From Candidatus Doudnabacteria bacterium (GTDB lineage: Bacteria > Patescibacteriota > Doudnabacteria > UBA920 > O2-02-FULL-48-8), in the NCBI GenBank assembly GCA_016186915.1, contig JACPKU010000006.1:12488-76487 (forward strand): a DNA stretch of 64,000 nucleotides, given 5' to 3'. A program made the position numbers and the translations under genes. Under the pieces are notes generated by a model, which worked only from the letters and a program-made list of their open reading frames with translations, searched no databases and was not told the origin of the DNA. This document shows positions 60,669 through 64,000 of this stretch, piece after piece. Each line of letters starts with the position of its first letter. Position 1 is the first letter of the stretch.

Positions 60669-60959
60669 ATGAATTTCTATTATATTTATATTTTAGCAAG
60701 CAAGCGAAACGGAACATTGTATATCGGCGTGACTTCAGACTTAGTAAAGCGAGTATATGAGCATAAAAATAATTTCGTGCAAGGGTTTACAGAAAGATAT
60801 AATGTTCACACTCTGGTTTATTTTGAAGTGGTCGAAGATGCAGAAAGCGCAATAAAAAGGGAGAAGCAGTTAAAGACTTGGAAACGAAAATGGAAACTCG
60901 AACTGATTGAAACGAACAATCCTGATTGGCGCGATTTATACGAGGAAATAATCAAATAA
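60669..60959 (+). CDS. GIY-YIG nuclease-superfamily small protein
   Basis: FYYIYILASKRNGTLYIGVTSDLVKRVYEHKNN matches the GIY-YIG core. Confidence 0.8.
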   Translation: MNFYYIYILASKRNGTLYIGVTSDLVKRVYEHKNNFVQGFTERYNVHTLVYFEVVEDAESAIKREKQLKTWKRKWKLELIETNNPDWRDLYEEIIK

Positions 60960-60992
60960 CTGGATTCCAGCTTTTGCTGGAATGACAAATTT

Positions 60993-61844
60993 ATGGATTT
61001 ATCGATTATTATTGTTAGTTATAACACCAAAGATCTTTTAAGAAGGTGTCTTAGAACATGTTTTGGATCAGCCACTAATTTTAGGTTTGAGGTATTTGTT
61101 TCAGACAATGGATCAACTGACGGCAGCGTTGAATTGATAAAGCAAGAATTTCCGCAGGTCAAGCTTGTGGAAAACAACGCCAACTTGGGATTTTCCAAAG
61201 GCAACAATGTAGCGCTTAAACAAGCGCAAGGGCGATACTCATTATTATTGAATTCAGATACTGAAGTAAACTCTGATACCTTTGATTTGTCCATCAAATA
61301 TATGGATCAAAATCCTGCAGTTGGAGCTTTGAGCTGTAAAATTTTGCTTCCGGACGGAAGCTTGGATAAATCAGCAAGAAGAAGATTCCCCAATCCCACA
61401 AACTCCTTCTTCAGACTCTTTGGGCTAAGAAAGTTTAGTGATTACAACATCACGGCCGGGATAGACGAGGAAGTTGAGATTGATTCTGGCGTAGGCGCGT
61501 ATTTAATGGTCAGAAAAGAAGCGATAGCGCAGGTGGGTTATCTGGATGAAGAGTTTTTTATGTACGGCGAAGATTTGGACTGGTGCTGGCGGATCAAAGA
61601 AGCAGGCTTTAAGATTATGTATTATCCTAAGGCCTCTATTTTGCATCTGAAATCAGCATCATCCAAAAGCCTCCCCTTTACCGTGATCAAATGGGCACAC
61701 CAAGCCATGAAAATTTTTTATCGCAAGCATTATGCGCAAAAAAATAACTGGTTATTCAACCAGTTGGTGTATTTGGGGATCAACTTACGCATGTTGTTGG
61801 TGCTTGCTATGAATTTATTTAGAAACAAAAAGTCGGTTCATTAA
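60993..61844 (+). CDS. Glycosyltransferase family 2
   Basis: LSIIIVSYNTKDLLRRCL..DNGSTDGS..; GT2-A fold signature. Confidence 0.85.
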   Translation: MDLSIIIVSYNTKDLLRRCLRTCFGSATNFRFEVFVSDNGSTDGSVELIKQEFPQVKLVENNANLGFSKGNNVALKQAQGRYSLLLNSDTEVNSDTFDLSIKYMDQNPAVGALSCKILLPDGSLDKSARRRFPNPTNSFFRLFGLRKFSDYNITAGIDEEVEIDSGVGAYLMVRKEAIAQVGYLDEEFFMYGEDLDWCWRIKEAGFKIMYYPKASILHLKSASSKSLPFTVIKWAHQAMKIFYRKHYAQKNNWLFNQLVYLGINLRMLLVLAMNLFRNKKSVH

Positions 61845-62476
61845 ACTTCTAAGTCTTGACCGGCCTTTAGGGGGACAAACTTTGTTCCGGTTTCAGGAAG
61901 AAATTTTTCTGGCAGAAAATGGAAAGGGCCATAATAAGACAACATCCCGTCGTGGATAGGCAGAGCTATTTTAGATTTGATTGCTTTCGCGTAGTCCAGA
62001 CTCTGTCCTATTGTTGCCCAAGGAGCACCTACTGGCATAGCAAGTATCTCTACTGGCTTAGGTGGCAGGGTCAATGAATCACCGCAGTGGAAGAAGCGGT
62101 GATTAATATAAAATCCGGTGTTAAGTACCATTTCGATGCCAGGATAGATCGGTGCATGATCTGAATCAAAGCCCTCCACTATGATGCTACCTAGTATCAT
62201 AGTGGTGCCGTTTTTTAAAATTTCATAATCAATTCCGGCTTTCTCCAAATCTTTTCCAGATCTGAGATTAGCAATTATCCTTGCGTTCGGGTTGTTTTTC
62301 AGAATAGTTTTGATTGAATCAGGATCCATGTGATCGGGGTGGACATGAGTAATTAAAACCGCATCTAAATTTTTTTCTTTGTTTTGATCGGTGGTAACAT
62401 TGCCCGGATCAATCAGGATTTTCGATCCAGCATCTTCGATTACTAAACAAGAATGTCCAATTTTATGTATCTTCAT
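61841..62476 (-). CDS. MBL-fold metallo-hydrolase
   Basis: LITHVHPDHMD (HxHxDH) motif. Confidence 0.8.
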   Translation of the reverse strand: MKIHKIGHSCLVIEDAGSKILIDPGNVTTDQNKEKNLDAVLITHVHPDHMDPDSIKTILKNNPNARIIANLRSGKDLEKAGIDYEILKNGTTMILGSIIVEGFDSDHAPIYPGIEMVLNTGFYINHRFFHCGDSLTLPPKPVEILAMPVGAPWATIGQSLDYAKAIKSKIALPIHDGMLSYYGPFHFLPEKFLPETGTKFVPLKAGQDLEV

Positions 62477-62667
62477 ACCTGCAGTTTAACATGAAAGTAA
62501 GATTATGGTAAAATTAGCTTACGCCAGGTAGTAGAAATTTGATAGTTGTCCCGCTTTGCGGGGCAACTACAAGATTCAAGAGATGAATCTGGTTTCTATT
62601 TTCTGACACAAGCTGCGCACCAAAAACATAAAAATTGTTATCATTAATCAAATTTTCACTACCTGGC

Positions 62668-63912
62668 ATGACAGAAAAAGAAGAGCCAAAGATTAGCCCA
62701 GAAACCCGATCTTCGAACCCCAAACTATTTACCCAGGTGATAGTGGTGATTTTGATCGCCGTCTTTTTTGGGTTTGGATATTATCTTGGCAATGGCCAAA
62801 TCAAAGTCAGTTCCGACGGAATAGAAATTGATCGCGGCAGGGGGCCGTCCTTGAGCGCTGACTACAGTCTGCTTTGGGATACCTTGGATTTGCTCAACAG
62901 CCGGTTTTATAATAAGCCCTTGGATCAGAAAGAATTGATGTATGGCGCTGTCAAAGGACTGGTCAAAGCGGCCGGCGATCCTTACACTGTTTTTTTTGAT
63001 CCAGAAGAGTCGAAGTTTTTTGCAGATGGCCTGAGTGGCACGTTTGAAGGAATTGGGGCGGAAATCGGGATTAAGAATGATCAACTGGTTATAATTGCTC
63101 CTTTAGACAATACTCCCGCATCCAGAGCCGGGCTTCAGGCTGGTGACATTATTTTGGCCATTGACGGGGAATCGTCTGCGAGCATGAGCGTTGACCAGGC
63201 GGCTTCTTTGATTCGAGGAGTGAAGGGGACAGAAGTAGTTTTGGCAGTTCTGAAAGAAGGAGAGAGAAACCCGGTTGACATTACTATTCTCCGCGACAAG
63301 ATTGTGGTGAAGAGCCTGGAGTTTGAAACAAGACAGCTCGGTGACAAAAAAATTGCGCTGATTAAAATCAGCAGATTCAGTGAAGACACCAAGGGACTGT
63401 TCGATCGGTTGGTGGATCGGATTTTGACCGAAGGATTTGATGGAATCATTTTGGATCTGAGAAACAACCCCGGGGGATATTTGGAAACCTCGATTGATCT
63501 GGCTTCCAACTGGGTGGATATCGGAGAAGTGGTGGTTAAGGAAGTTAATCACGAGAATGAAATTCAGGAATACGATTCAACCATAATTCCAAGATTGAAA
63601 GGTACAAAGACCGTGGTGCTGGTAAATGAAGGCTCGGCTTCAGCTTCGGAAATTCTAGCCGGGGCCTTGCAGGATTACGGTTTGGCGACTTTGGTCGGCG
63701 AGACGACTTTTGGCAAAGGATCAGTGCAGGAGTTGAGCGAACTGAAAGGCGATTCGACTTTGAAAATTACAGTCGCGCACTGGCAGACACCTGCGGGCCG
63801 CGATATTGATAAAAACGGACTTCAGCCAGATATTGTGGTGGAGACCACGAAGGAAGATTTTGAGAGTGACCGAGATCCGCAGCTGGATCGGGCATTGGAA
63901 TTGTTTCAGTAA
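62668..63912 (+). CDS. ctpA: Carboxyl-terminal processing protease (S41, CtpA/Prc-like) with PDZ domain
   Basis: PDZ (AGLQAGDIILAIDGE), ILDLRNNPGG, GSASASEILAGAL (catalytic Ser), TFGKGSVQ (Lys); N-terminal TM; an alternative TTG start exists at 62635. Confidence 0.85.
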   Translation: MTEKEEPKISPETRSSNPKLFTQVIVVILIAVFFGFGYYLGNGQIKVSSDGIEIDRGRGPSLSADYSLLWDTLDLLNSRFYNKPLDQKELMYGAVKGLVKAAGDPYTVFFDPEESKFFADGLSGTFEGIGAEIGIKNDQLVIIAPLDNTPASRAGLQAGDIILAIDGESSASMSVDQAASLIRGVKGTEVVLAVLKEGERNPVDITILRDKIVVKSLEFETRQLGDKKIALIKISRFSEDTKGLFDRLVDRILTEGFDGIILDLRNNPGGYLETSIDLASNWVDIGEVVVKEVNHENEIQEYDSTIIPRLKGTKTVVLVNEGSASASEILAGALQDYGLATLVGETTFGKGSVQELSELKGDSTLKITVAHWQTPAGRDIDKNGLQPDIVVETTKEDFESDRDPQLDRALELFQ

Positions 63913-63914
63913 TC

Positions 63915-64000
63915 ATGAAATCTGCAGAGCTTAGGGAAAAATATTTGAAATTTTTTGTCGAACGGGGACACAAGATAATTCCCTCGGTTTCGCTCGTCCC
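63915..64000 (+). CDS. alaS: Alanyl-tRNA synthetase, 5' fragment (continues beyond the window)
   Basis: MKSAELREKYLKFFVERGHKIIPSVSLV is the canonical AlaRS N-terminus. Confidence 0.7.
   Translation, partial: MKSAELREKYLKFFVERGHKIIPSVSLV

Overview
Low-GC (~40%) bacterial contig with compact gene organisation, consistent with a reduced-genome, CPR/Patescibacteria-like organism (my inference from the sequence; no database search was possible). Supporting features: weak or leaderless ribosome-binding sites, a tRNA with an encoded CCA end, many membrane-anchored hypotheticals, DUF11/sortase surface proteins and a four-helix-bundle gene. Recognisable content, in order: an rplJ-rplL ribosomal operon with an L10-type leader that is not followed by rpoB; a minimal dcw cluster (mraZ with its operator boxes, rsmH, ftsL-like, ftsI, murF); a tRNA-Glu(CUC); a glycan-utilisation trio (GH1 beta-glucosidase, DMT transporter, clan GH-A hydrolase); scpAB; ybaK; aspS; lgt; an ogt-like gene; a catalytically degenerate HtrA-like protein; a HIT protein; dTDP-rhamnose genes rmlB, rmlC-like, rmlD and rmlA around a YerC/TrpR-like regulator; galE; a sortase next to DUF11 surface proteins; an S8 protease and a partner protein sharing C-terminal repeats; an MFS exporter; an M23 peptidase; a polysaccharide cluster (wzx-like, GT4, wzy-like, two GT2s, a GIY-YIG nuclease gene); an MBL hydrolase; ctpA; and the start of alaS. 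Main observations for follow-up: (1) three short high-GC (~55-60%) islands in this AT-rich background, two of which encode consecutive de novo purine steps (a purS-purL fusion with purQ; purM), the purM island sitting behind a PaaX-like (wHTH + Cas2-fold) regulator with identical 14-bp palindromic operators; (2) a hairpin-dense array of three tandem copies of the rplL 3' end where rpoBC would normally be, followed by an excisionase-family HTH gene and a family of small membrane proteins with FDxSxQ repeats; (3) a perfect TTATAATAC-N6-GTATTATAA palindrome present three times around the YerC-like regulator and the glycosyltransferase cluster; (4) a sortase carrying TSP3-like Ca-binding repeats next to DUF11 proteins with a non-LPXTG sorting signal. 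No CRISPR array, rRNA, or intact transposon/integrase was found.
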